Assembly: GCA_036172245.1 (NCBI GenBank)
Contig: JAYWIR010000011.1
Span: 930,001 to 994,000, forward strand
Length of the DNA: 64,000 nucleotides
Direction: 5' to 3'
Source of the DNA: Raillietiella orientalis
Taxonomy: Eukaryota
This document shows, piece by piece, positions 50,931-62,430 of the stretch (within the stretch, counting starts at the first letter, position 1; each line of letters opens with the position of its first letter). A program made the position numbers and the translations under genes. Under the pieces are notes generated by a model that saw only the letters and a program-made list of their open reading frames with translations, was not told the DNA's origin and searched no databases.

Positions 50931-53829
50931 GTGAGCTCAAACGTGCAGTACTTACGGGACACTCATAGGAAGTATCGGATGGATAACGTCTCCTGCAATG
51001 GAGCAACCTTGGAGAACCACAGGAAGAGTGGGTAAGGAGGAGAGATATGCAGACAGGATGGTGAATAATCTCCCTTCGGGCCTGGCCGCACCCTCCTCCT
51101 TCCACGAAGATGTGTCTAAAAAAATTTTGGAAACACCGTCAGATTCGTGAGATGGCAATCTCAAAAGGTCTGCCACGGAGCCGATAAAAGCGCTCTCCAT
51201 TGTGCGGACCAACGTCTCAAGCGAACTACATGTGAACATTCAATTATACTTGGTTACCTGGGTTACGGCGGAAGCATCCATCGAGTACGTGCAGACGTTA
51301 CATCCGAAACAGCAAATCGCGAAAGACCTGCAGGAGAGAGAGAGAGAAGAAGAAGAAGAAAAAATACGTTGTAGACAACGGTTCCGCGGCGAGTTTCCTG
51401 GTAACAATCCAATGTGAACAAAGAGTTTCCAAGAAGAGCTCCAGTGCAATTCCGCACTACGGCGAGGAGACCGTTGGCAAAACAAAAGTTGAGTGCCATT
51501 GGAGAAATTTTCACGCTCCAATCTTCCTCAGGAAAATGCGCAGAATTATCACAGTCGACGGACCCAGAGACTGCCCGAGCTCACACTCTGAGATGAGAGA
51601 TTCCCATTCAAGGAAATGCAAGAGGCATCAGCATTCGTTTGCCTTTGTCTTCCATCCGCTTGCAGTCCGCGAGTGCTTCCGTATGAGGAATCGTAACCCG
51701 AAATAACCTCCGGGACTTCCCAAGGCAAAGACTCGTTCCGATAACGTGAAGACTGAAGGCAGCGTTTGCTGCGTCTTCTTGCTTCGTCCATGGATGCTTC
51801 GAAAGTGGTAGGGGTCAGATTACCGATCGCCTTCGTCACCCCACACATTTCGAAAGCCCTGGCGAAGTTTTTTCTCATTTCTTCCCTTGAGTGCAAGAAC
51901 AGATCTGTAGCTTCTATTCCTTTCCTGGTGAAGAAACAAAAATGGCACTCGAAAACTTTTCCAGGACTCAGGCATTCCCTTCAGGAACGAGGATGTTCAT
52001 TTAAACCACGTTCTCTTGTAGGTCTTCTGAAGTCCTGCAGAGGGCATACCTGGTGTAACCCTACGGAATCCTTCCTTCCTTCTTTCCTTCCTTCCTCTCC
52101 GGTAGGTCGCGTGGGGTTGCCACCCCTGGCGTTGATGCCCGTCTTGCTTTCCTAAATCCTCCTTGTCGCAGGGAAGAGCAATCGGCGGCAAGGCGCTTCC
52201 TCTGCTCGAAACCATCTTCCTCTCGTCTCTGACGCGAGACATCCGATAACCCTGGTTCGCTCCGCGCTGCGGCACCTACTCTGACCTTCCGAGGTGCGGG
52301 GCGTGCTCGCCCAGATGCCGCCACCGCCCTCAGGACAGGGCCGCCACCAACTCTTCCCCAAAGTGGCAGCGACTTCTGCTCGTGTTTACCTGACAGTAGA
52401 GTAATGCGGGCGGCAGTCTCCGAAGGTATGAGGGAGGGGAGGAGATGGGTGGGAAAGGGTGCTTGCGCGCAAAGGAGGGGTGAACCAAGCAATTCTTTCG
52501 TACCTCGTGTGACTCCGCTGTGCCCGACGATGACACATCGTTCCCTCGTTCGGCGTCCCACCTCTCTCTGGTACTCCACTCAGCAGCTAATCGAAACATT
52601 CTGGAGCGCGAGCTCTTTTGCATCCCGTTCTACTTAATCAGCCGTGGAAAGTTCGAAGAGCTCTCTCTCTCTCTGCCGTAGCGGAAAAAGTTGCAGCTGA
52701 GACTGCTCAGAGAGTCCTCGATCCATTAGTTGTCACGAACGCTCTCCATCTTACCCCTCACATCATTTTCAGGAGCGGTCATTATTCGCATTAGTTTCGA
52801 AAAATAAAAGATAAGGGGGGGAGTAAAAAAATTCAAATTCGTGCCCCAAGGGAACTTCCATGCCGAAAAACCGGGGACAACCAACAAGAGAGCGTCCCCT
52901 CGCGTTATACTCTTCAGCAATCATTCCAGCCTTTCCCATCTAACGAGAGAAGCGGCGGGGATGGAAACGAAGTCAGCCGTGAGACGGGGCAACTTGCGTC
53001 CCAGGATCCACGAGCGTTGCCGAACTCGCCTCCAGGATGGGAGGGAGCGCTACTTTCCGACTCGAGGAAGATCGCACACCTCGTCGCTACGTGGGGAGAC
53101 CCACAGGTTTGCCCTCGGTTCCCTCCCAAAACCTCCTGGATCTCCGGAACTGCCGATGCCAACTCGAACGCTCTCCAGCGGCGACCTCGGAGGAAACTTC
53201 AAGGGCGCTCGTCTCTCCGGAAATGTCAAGATGGAATCTCTCCCGCCTTAGAAGAGGTTAGTGGTAGCAGGACTCCCTCGAGTTCTGGCATCTCTTCATG
53301 ATGTTGTGGCGGCGATCGCATGGATAGAGGAGGTTCCTCAGCATGCCAGGGTGCAGCAATGAAAAACAAAATGCTACCCCCTCCCCCATCTTTTCCTCCT
53401 CCGAAGGCGGAGTTCCGGTGGAACTCCTCCTTTGGTCAGGTCATTGTCTCCTCTGCTTTTAGAGGAAGCGTAACTGAGGTCTCAGGAGTGGTGCCAAACC
53501 TCTCCACCCCTCCAGCAACAGAGAAAGACTATTCGGCGCTCTCCTGAAGTAAGGGCAGCTTCAGCTTCCTAGAAGCCAGAAAGACCCACCCACAGCTTTC
53601 TTCGTCAGGGCAGCAAAGCAGTCAAATTTCCCAAGGTTTCTCCGGAGCAGCCAAAGGGATTTTGCCTCATCGGAGGGAGCAGATGCCGCGCGCTTCCTCC
53701 GTGAACCAAATGACCCTCACATTTCCAGAGGAATCCCCCTCAGGCGTCCCTGCTATCAGCCAGGAAGACTCCAGGAGGCTGAAGAAGGACTATCCAGAGT
53801 CGGGCGGGGCCCTTTCCTGCTGCGACTCC

Positions 53830-54060
53830 TTGTCGGATGTCGCCGCCGAGGACCGTATTTTATGAGGGCGCACCAGCAAGGTGCATTTCCTGGTGATGTG
53901 CCCTTCGAGCAAGTTTCAGTACGTCTGCTGGTACAAAGAGCTCCGGGCAGGGAGGAAAGTCGTTCCCGGTTCCACGCTCCTTTTGAAAAGAGTCTCTGTC
54001 TCTTCCGATCCCCGGAGCGGCTTCCCTGAATATCCTTTGGGGGAGGGTTGTCTCGGGAGA
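53830..54060 (+). mobile_element. Possible RLE fragment
   Basis: GDVPFE and SSDPRS...LG. Confidence 0.3.
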
Positions 54061-54927
54061 CGGAAGAATAGGGACCCTTTCCCTGGTCTCCGTTTCCGAA
54101 TCGTGACGACCAGCCATTTCGCAGCGACCGACGAAAGAGCATCATGACTCACAGGGTCAGAGGAAGAGAACCCGGCGAGCAGCAGTCCCTTCTCGATTCC
54201 TCGCCCGCACGCGCGCGCTCGGTCCACAGCCGGGGGGCCTCTGTCTTAACTACGGATCGAAGGCTGGTTGCTTCCCGGAAGAAAAGGAGGACAATAAAAG
54301 AGATGGGGGGAGGAGGGTTGCAACCGCCTGCTGTTCCTCGGTGTTTCCTTGGACGCGCCAAAGGGAGCTACCATCCCGCTCCGGCTGCAACCGGCGGCAG
54401 CGACTTTGACACCCTCCGAGTCCGGACTGGCACCCGTGAAAAGGCGGATGCAGGGGCACGAAGCAGACTGTGGAAGCCGGTCCCCAACCTTCTCCCCTTT
54501 CTCACCCTTTCTGGAGGCCGGCAGAAGGGGGAGGAGAGGAGTCGAAGACGAGAGGAAGCGGCGAGCAGAGGACTGGAGGTACTCCCGTGGGAAGGGTCTC
54601 GTTGGTAGGTAGAGAGCGCGGGATTCCTCCTCCAACCTCAGGGAGAGGCCTTGGAGTCAGAGTATGGAGTCCCTGACGCGGCAGCCATTCTTGGCGCTTG
54701 CATCCCGGGGAAGGGAGCTCCGCTGGGAGGCAAGCGCGAAGGAAACAGCTGCTTCCGTCATCGCCGCCTCCTCGTTCCCACCTTCCGAGCAGCTCTGCTC
54801 CCTCGTCGGGGAGTTGCAGCCCGCGCGGCTTCCCTGTTTCGCTCTATTCCGTGCTAGGACCCTCACCAAGCGTTCCAGGACAGCGTTTGAGGACTCCTAG
54901 TTCGCCAACTCTTTGCGCGAGCATCTC

Positions 54928-55030
54928 AGGGAAGAGGAGGAAGGGAGGAGTAGGAGGAGGAAGAAGGAGGGAAGGGAGGAAGAGAAGAGGAAAGGAGGAG
55001 GAGGAGAAGGTGTAGGAAGGGAAGAGGGGG
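54928..55030 (+). repeat. Purine-rich (GGA/GAA) low-complexity tract
   Basis: About 100 nt almost entirely G/A. Confidence 0.9.
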
Positions 55031-56944
55031 TTTAAAGAGACGGAAAAGATCGCACGACTGCAGGAAGGTCCGGCGGTGTCCCGGGGACGAACCGCACCTC
55101 TTTCCCTTTCTTTCACGCGGTGGGAGTGCAAAGAGGGAGGGGCGGTTCAGGTCCGCTGCCTTCCTCCCCGTTCCCCTCCCCCTGCCTCCCCCCTTTCGTG
55201 CGGCGCACGCGACTCAAGGATCGATGCGGTGCGGCGGCACCCTGTGCGCGCGCGCGCGGCATTCCTCTCCTTGCCTCTCCCCTCCTCTCGTCGTGGCCTC
55301 CTCGCTCGCGCTCCCGCCGCCGCCGCCTCTCTGGCAGTCCTTCCAAGGCGCCGGATGAGTCCGCTGCTCCCGGATTCCCGCTCCAGCGGACGCAGCAGCC
55401 GCCGGAACTCGTGAGCGAGTCGCTCCCGCTGCGCGCTCTCCTCTCCTCCTCCCGTGTTACCGCCCCTCCTCCCTCCCGCCCCTCTCTCTCTCTCCCCTTC
55501 CCCTCACCCGACGCGTCGTCGGGCCCCTTCCGCCCGCGGCGGCATTTCCCCTCCTGCCTTTCCCCTCCTGGTCTTGCCCCCTTTCCGCACAGGGGGAGAA
55601 CCCCTCGAGACTGCAGGAGGTGCCGTGCGCGTGGACGATGGCGACCCTCCCCCGCGAGTGAACCTCCGCGGTCCCTGGTTTCTGGCCCTGCCTCCTCCCC
55701 CCGTGCCGCCGCTCGCCCGTGCCGCCATCTGCCTCCACGGAAGCGATCCCGGAATGGTTCCCTGGCCCCAGGGATGATGCTTCGGGGTCTCGCCGAGGCG
55801 TTCGAGGCGATCCTGGCGATCCAGGTGCTCTCCAGCATGTCGGTAGTGCCAGGTAAGCCGAGGAAGATGGGCAGAGGGTAGGATGGGAGGCTTCCCTCAC
55901 CGTCCGAAAGCGTAGACTCTGGTGGCAGCCGCGCCTGCGAGCGTTTCCGGAGAGGGCCGGTGCCTCGTCTTTCCGGATCCTGCCCTCTCTCTTCCCTCTC
56001 TCTCTCCTCCCTTCCTGAAAGAGGGGGTTGGCTCTGCTGCCAAAGAAGCCGACATCCCGCTTACTATGGGAGAGGTCCCGAAGGAGAGACGAGAGAGACG
56101 GGCAAGCAGGATGACTCTTTCCCTTCCCTCCGTTCCCCCCATCCCAGAAGGGATGATCGTATAGAACTCGTCCCTTGCTCCCCCCACCCTCGTTGGCCAG
56201 CGAAAATGGAAGGAGCCCGTCTAACGGGCGATCCTGGTGGGGTTCTCGCGCAGAGGCCCCTCTTCCGAAAAGAGAGCGGACAGGGACGTGGTGGTGGGGT
56301 CACTCGTGGGGAAATGAGGATGGGGTTCGAGCTGGGTTTTCCCCGTGAAGGACTCAGGTGCGTGGGTGTGGTGGGCCGACTTCGAGGTCTCTTCAGGAAG
56401 GTGAGACTCCGGGCGCGACAGATCTTCCTCCCCCTCGTCCCTTCCGCACCCTCAGGAGCATCCATAGCAACGGGCGCTGAGGATGGCTGCACCAGGCAGC
56501 TGCGGACTAATGGATGAGGCGGACGCCCGGTCTTCCCGCCGCCCACTCGTGGTTATTCGCCCCCCTTCTAGGCGGATGAGCCAGTTGCGAGGTCACCTCC
56601 ATGCGAGCGCTCCCGGAAGGGCGACGTCTACCGCGGGCGTCCCTTCCCGCGGGAGGCGGAGGGGAGAAAACGGGCGCGGGAAGGAAAGGCGGAAGTTTCC
56701 GTGCCCGGACGAGCCGTCTGGGCGCTCCAGAGGGGAGGAAGCGCTGTAGGACAGTCGTTATTCCCCTCCCCCTCCCCACCGGGACCTTCTGCTTAGGAGA
56801 TTAGCAGCGCGCCAGCAGCGTCGTCCCGCGGACGGCGGCGAGAACGCCGTTCTTCCAGGGAGGCAGCGGGCGCTGCGCCGCGAGGGCCCGCGCAGGAAGG
56901 ACCGGGAACAGGTGGGGGAAAGAAGCAGGGAGGGAGACGGAAGG

Positions 56945-57280
56945 AGGAATGCGGTCGCCGATCTAGATGGCGCGCGCGCCGTCGTCCGTGTCCTAGGGCT
57001 GCATCCGTCGCGTCTTCCAAAAGCAGTCGGATACGCAAGGGTCCACGGCTTCCGCCAACACGCGCAGCCCCTCGTCTCTCTGGGTGGGGGTGGGGTACCT
57101 TCCGAAAGGGGAAAGAGCTCTCTTGCAAACACTGCTGCCCGACGGGGTGCTCTTTCCTGTCCAGATCGAGCAGCCTCCTATCATCTCCACCCTGCGGGAT
57201 TGCGAGCCATGGCGCTCAGGAACTTTGCTCGAGGACGCGGGAAGTTGCCTCGCCGGGAGGTATCGCGCCTGCTCATTCTC
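56945..57280 (+). pseudogene. Possible trypsin-like serine protease relic
   Basis: VVRVLGLHPS, LSGWG and PIISTLRDC...CLAG occur in S1-protease order over frameshifts. No intact catalytic motifs. Confidence 0.3.
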
Positions 57281-58655
57281 TGCCCTCCTGCTCTCTCTCT
57301 CTCTCTCTCTGAGAAAGGGGGGAAAGGGAAAGAGGGAACTCGCGTCTTCGGAATCTAGGGGAGGATGCCGGATGCGCATCGACCGGAAGTGTTCCTCTCC
57401 GTCGCTTCCGCAGTTAGAACGGACGGAAGGCCCAGGGTCGCAGACACCCGCGCCCCGTGCGGTGCCTCCTGAGCAGGAAGCGGGAACCTCTGATTCCAAA
57501 GGTTTTCAAGCGAGGGGGATATACTGACTGGGGAGGGCAGGGGGGGATCGTGACCCGTTTTCCACTTCGGAAACGTTCGGAGGGATGGAGCTCGGAGCGC
57601 CTCTCGTGGCGGTGACTGAAGGCGATTGCGCCGCCGAGAGCGCGCATCAGTCATCTGCGGAGATTCACTCGCCGGGTCGTTCGTTCACAGCATCCCACTC
57701 GGGAAGAAAAATCACTTCCTTTCCACCTCATCTGCTGCTGCAGCGGGAGTGAAGTTCATTCAGGAGGAGCGGAGCGAACTCCCCACCTCCTTTTTGCTCA
57801 CGGTCGGGAATCGCTACTCAGCGGGAGCGGGCGCGAGGAGCCCCATGTGAACATCCCGCCTCGGCCGGATCCGTGAGGTCGGGGTCGCGAAGGACCGCCG
57901 GGAGCGGCCACCTCCGGCTGCCGGAAAAAGGTCGCGGTACAGACGTGGGAGAGCTCTCAGAGGAATGGAAAGGGAGAGAGGTCGCGTGTCAGCATCGTCG
58001 TTCCCGACACCCTCCTCCCCCTTCCCTTTCTGATTTTCCTCTCGCTCCCCTCCTCCCAGCAGGGAAGTGGGCAAACTCTGCGAAAGTCCCTTGGGCGAAA
58101 CGAGGTCTTCCCTTTCCTCTTCCCAAAGCGCATTCCCGGAAAATTTTCCCCTTCGTGGGCCCGAGAGGGCGCTCACCTCTCTGTCCCTCTAGCCGTGCCG
58201 GGAGCGAGTCATCACTTCCTCCCGCTGCTCCGCCCTCATGGGATGGCAGATCCTAAGCGAAAGAGGACGGGAACATCGCGCTGTCCTGGGGCCTCCATAT
58301 GAGACAGTCCCTGACCTTCCCCCTCTGCTGAGAGGGGTGGCTGTCGAAGAGCACTGGCAGAAGAGGCTGGGGAAAGGAGAGCAGCACGGGTGGAGTAGGA
58401 GCAGGACGACGGCAAGCGTTGCTAAGGAAAGGAAGGATAAAAAAAAGAAGCCGACGTCCTCTTCCTCTTTCACTCGATGGCGAACCGGGAATGATCCGAA
58501 TGTCCCGGAATGGCACGAAGGGGGACTCAGAAGAGGGAAAGATTTTCCGCAGCTTGCACCGTGGAGGATTACTCGAACCTCCTCCTCCCCCCCCCTCGTG
58601 GGGCTTCGTCTCTCCTCAGAGGCTTGTCTCAAGAATGGGGTAGGGGCTTTGTCGC

Positions 58656-58721
58656 GAGCACCGCCGAGATTCGAACCCGCGCCCTCGTCCTCGCACTCTC
58701 GCCACTGAACCAAACCTGAGC
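58656..58721 (-). mobile_element. tRNA-derived SINE head
   Basis: A-box TGGTTCAGTGG and B-box GGTTCGAATCT on the minus strand. Confidence 0.65.
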
Positions 58722-60865
58722 TTCTCGAGACTAGACAACGCGAGTAGATGGCTCGGCCCCTCATGGGGGGAGCGAAAACCAGCAGGCAGTTCTTTTCCGT
58801 GTCTTACGGCAAGGCTGCTGTTGTGCTTCCTCCTTCCCAGCCATCTTGGAAATCGCCCGCAACGTTCTCCCGATGGGATCAACTTCTCCCCTCCTGGAGA
58901 ATCCGCATTCTGAGTGCTTGGGGAACAAGCAAGGAAAGGGGGAGGAACAAGCAAGTCCAGGGGTGTGGCTGTCGACTGGTCCTCGGAGACGGGGGTCGAG
59001 AAAGTTACCAGGGAGGTGTCACATGTTACCTTACCCGGAGGGACCTTCGGGGTTTCAGGAAAGGTGACCCTAGCGACAGAACCAGCTGCCGACGGAGAGT
59101 AAACACGCGGCCTCTCTTCCCTAGCTGATCCCCTTCCCGTCGATCCCATGAGGATCGCCTCGGAGCTCTCTTTTGCTTCCTTCCTCCGTCTTCGTTCCGT
59201 GATGACAGGATTCGCATGGTCGGCGCTTCTCCAAACGTCTCTGGATTTCTCTCTCCCTTCCCATCCCAGACAAGGGAAGGGTGAGATCCGCATCTACGAG
59301 GAAACCACGCAAAGTCTCCTCCACACCCTTTTTCCCTCCCTTCCTCTTTCTTCTTTCGAAATGCAACAGAACGTCCAGACTCGATGTCTTCAGCGAACGG
59401 CCTCGTCGTTAAGGATGGGCCATCATCCCCCCTCTCAGTAGCTTTTCCTATGAAGGGGAGAGGGAGAACAAAGAGGGAGTTCGACCCGCGCGGAGAAAAT
59501 GACCAATCTGTTACTGACCTGGCCAAATGAATCCCATTCGGTGGAAAACAAAGGGGGGCACTTTGGGGAGTCTGCGCTCACAGATGGGCATGAGGGCAGA
59601 AGAAGATCAAAGAAATAGCAGCCGTGAAAAGAGCGGAAAGAGCGGGGAATGAAAGGAGAAAGACCCTCGGAAGAGGCCCAGCATGCAACTTTCTTATTCA
59701 TGCAGATGCAACATCCGAAAAACGGACAGGGAACGATGGACGTACTTTCCTATTTTCCGTCGCTTAGCAATCAGCACCGCTTTTAACGAATGACAGCTTC
59801 TTTGGGCCGCTGTAGGCTCTGGGAGAAGAAGGAGCTCCCGGATCACTTGGTCGATCTCACGATCTCTTCCTGTTTCATCTAATCTTGGAGGAGAGGAGGG
59901 TTTGCCCAAGCTCTTCATGTAAGTGTTCGCATCCCCGAATCCCTGTGGACCCCCCCAGTAGCAGACGAACCCAATCCGACATCATTCTCTCGGCGAAAGT
60001 GATGGGAGTCTCCTTTGTCTGCAGCCTGCGCCAGGAATCCTGTTGCATCACGATTTCGCCGCTGTGGAGAAAGTCCACCTGGAAGAGTTATCTCCCTTGT
60101 CTGCCTGCACGGAAGTTCTCATTCGCTTCCCCGTTCCGTGGATGGCGCCGTTCAGAGCCGGCCATGATTCTCGATGGTTCTTTGCATCTTCCATGCACTT
60201 TCTAGAGCAAGACGAACACATGCCGCCTGGCCCCCCTCGTTCCATGAAAGCCTGTTGGCATAGAGGAACATTCTCGGCCTCTTTGGGCCAGGTAGAGGAA
60301 CTTTTGCTGCTGATAGAGCAGATATGAATGAGGAGAAATGACTGAAAGAGACAAGACCGATCGCCGAGGACACCGGGCGCTTTCTGGAGGACCTATTTGC
60401 AACCTACAGGAATGGCGTGGATGCATACGCTCTCTAGCAAGTGACATATGAGAGAAAAGTGAATCAGTGAAGAAATCTGGCCTAGAAGACCTTTTCCTTC
60501 AGCCAGTTTCCTCGCTCTCTTTTGCTGCTACAGATTAAACCAACTTTTGACACCCTCAAGTCTCCAGCTGCTGCCATTACTTCTGTTTACAACGCTTCAT
60601 TTGCTTTTCATTTAGATAATTCCACTCCTCTAAGAATGCACGAACCGCTTCAGCTTAACCTTCGAATCCTTTTCTCAACTTTTACCTCGCAGCGACTAGG
60701 AGAGGAAGTTTTTGATCCTATATGATTGGCAGTTCAAATGAGAAGGAAATGAAACTCGGGAAAACAGATGTCTTCATTCTTTTTTTAGTGTTTCCTCCGA
60801 GGGTTCGCGTTCTTCGTGCGTAAAGTGCGCTGAGAAGATTCAAAGTTTCTCCGGCTTCCTTCCGA

Positions 60866-60993
60866 AGCCTAGCGGAGGGACTCCTTGACTCGTTGCCGAA
60901 AAGCATCCTCGCCTAGGTGATATCTCTGGGGGAAAAACGGAGAGAACATTCCGGAAACGCAGAGAACGCAGTGAGAATGGTTGAAATCCATCA
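60866..60993. repeat. 128-bp direct repeat, copy 1
   Basis: Matches 61802-61929 except G5A5 versus G7A3. Confidence 0.95.
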
Positions 60994-61531
60994 CGTGAGG
61001 TGCACTCGGAGCAAGCCTTCGCGTTCCCAGTAGACTGATGTCTCGAGGTTTCCTGGAAATGGGGAATCCGCAAATGTATCTAGACCCCGACAGAAATCGA
61101 TCAGCTGATGCATCAGTTCGAATCATTCTGGAGCCAGGGGGAATTCCTTGGTCGATTAAAACAAAGAAGCAAAAGTAGCGGAGTGACCCTTCCCTTTGAG
61201 AATGTGTTTTTGTCATAACACCGGACGTCTTTCAACTTCTGCCAATGCATATTCCGTGACCTCAGCAAAGAGGGAGACGAATTCACACGGAGCCATCTCA
61301 TGTGGTAAAATTGGATTCTGATGTTTGTTTCACTGATTGAAAGTCACTGTCTCCACTAAATGAGGCTCGTGAGCATACATGTCGGTGGTCTTGCATGTCT
61401 CGTCGCTCTTCGGGCTGCTCTCGAAGTGGCTGTAACGCCGCAAGGTGGAACAGCTCGAAATTTCTGTTGCCCCGCGACGTAGCATCGGACTCTAACCCAC
61501 GACGTACGCATCTCCTGGCGTCGATTGCTTT

Positions 61532-61595
61532 CCGAGTATTCGAACCCGCGACGCTCGGTACTACGCGCAAAGACCCGTGGCCTCCGAAGCGGGCC
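61532..61595 (-). mobile_element. Degenerate tRNA-derived SINE head
   Basis: Shares ATTCGAACCCGCGACGC with the 42189-42264 copy. Confidence 0.5.
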
Positions 61596-61801
61596 CTGCA
61601 CGAATGCGATCAGAGCGATCCGCGTACAAGAAAAGAGGAACACTTCTTTTCCGCAGCACAACGCGCACACACGAGAGCGCAGTAGTCTTCATGCAAGTCC
61701 ATGACCACCGTGAAGGTTACCAGAGGTGCGCAGAACAGAATGAGAGTGTGACTTTTAGAGTTGACGATCGGATCGACTAGCCTCTGAAACGTGGCCCTCG
61801 G

Positions 61802-61929
61802 AGCCTAGCGGAGGGACTCCTTGACTCGTTGCCGAAAAGCATCCTCGCCTAGGTGATATCTCTGGGGGGGAAACGGAGAGAACATTCCGGAAACGCAGAG
61901 AACGCAGTGAGAATGGTTGAAATCCATCA
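61802..61929. repeat. 128-bp direct repeat, copy 2
   Basis: Offset 936 from 60866-60993. Confidence 0.95.
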
Positions 61930-62169
61930 AGTGTTCCTTCGTCAGTCTTCTTACCATGCAAGCCACTGCATGGTAAGCAGACTGGAAAGCCTTGGGTGCA
62001 CTTTTTGGAAGGTCCTGTTACTCGAACCTTCCATCGTGTCGCGTGTCCCTTGATCTTTTTGTTCAAGCACGAAGGATGAATCCTGGTTTCGCGCCAGATC
62101 TCCCAAGGGGGAATGAGTTTACTTCCTGCAACAGGTTAACAAAAGAACGCGCAGAAGAAGGAAGCAATG

Positions 62170-62430
62170 CGTTCTCAACGCCGTAATCATCGTCAGCGCA
62201 GTGGTCGGCAGTCGGATCACAGTTCATCCCCCTGCATTTATTCATGCTGCATCTGGAAGGGGAGCATTGGGGTGGTGACCTTGAGCTGCGCCAGTCATTC
62301 GCAACTTTTGCAAGATGCACTTGAGTGTCGAGGCAGGCACTCTTCCTCAGTTGAGGAACTCGATCTCCTTCTTTCTCGATCCTTTCAGGATTTCGGCCGC
62401 GGACACTTTGCCGTGGAGCACATCCTTAAA
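62170..62430 (-). mobile_element. Second gag-like ORF1 relic
   Basis: GKVSAAEILKGSRKKEIEFLN*GRVP is homologous to ENVPAEEILQELKKKEIEILNFGRMP, followed by PPQC..C...C...HC. Confidence 0.55.

Noticed and set aside
55113..55881. 241-aa and 253-aa antiparallel ORFs
   Set aside because: Explained by extreme GC and pyrimidine-tract composition.
60271..60292. Other U2-like words (also near 22427, 35180 and 36322)
   Set aside because: About 10-12 nt matches that need gaps; consistent with chance.
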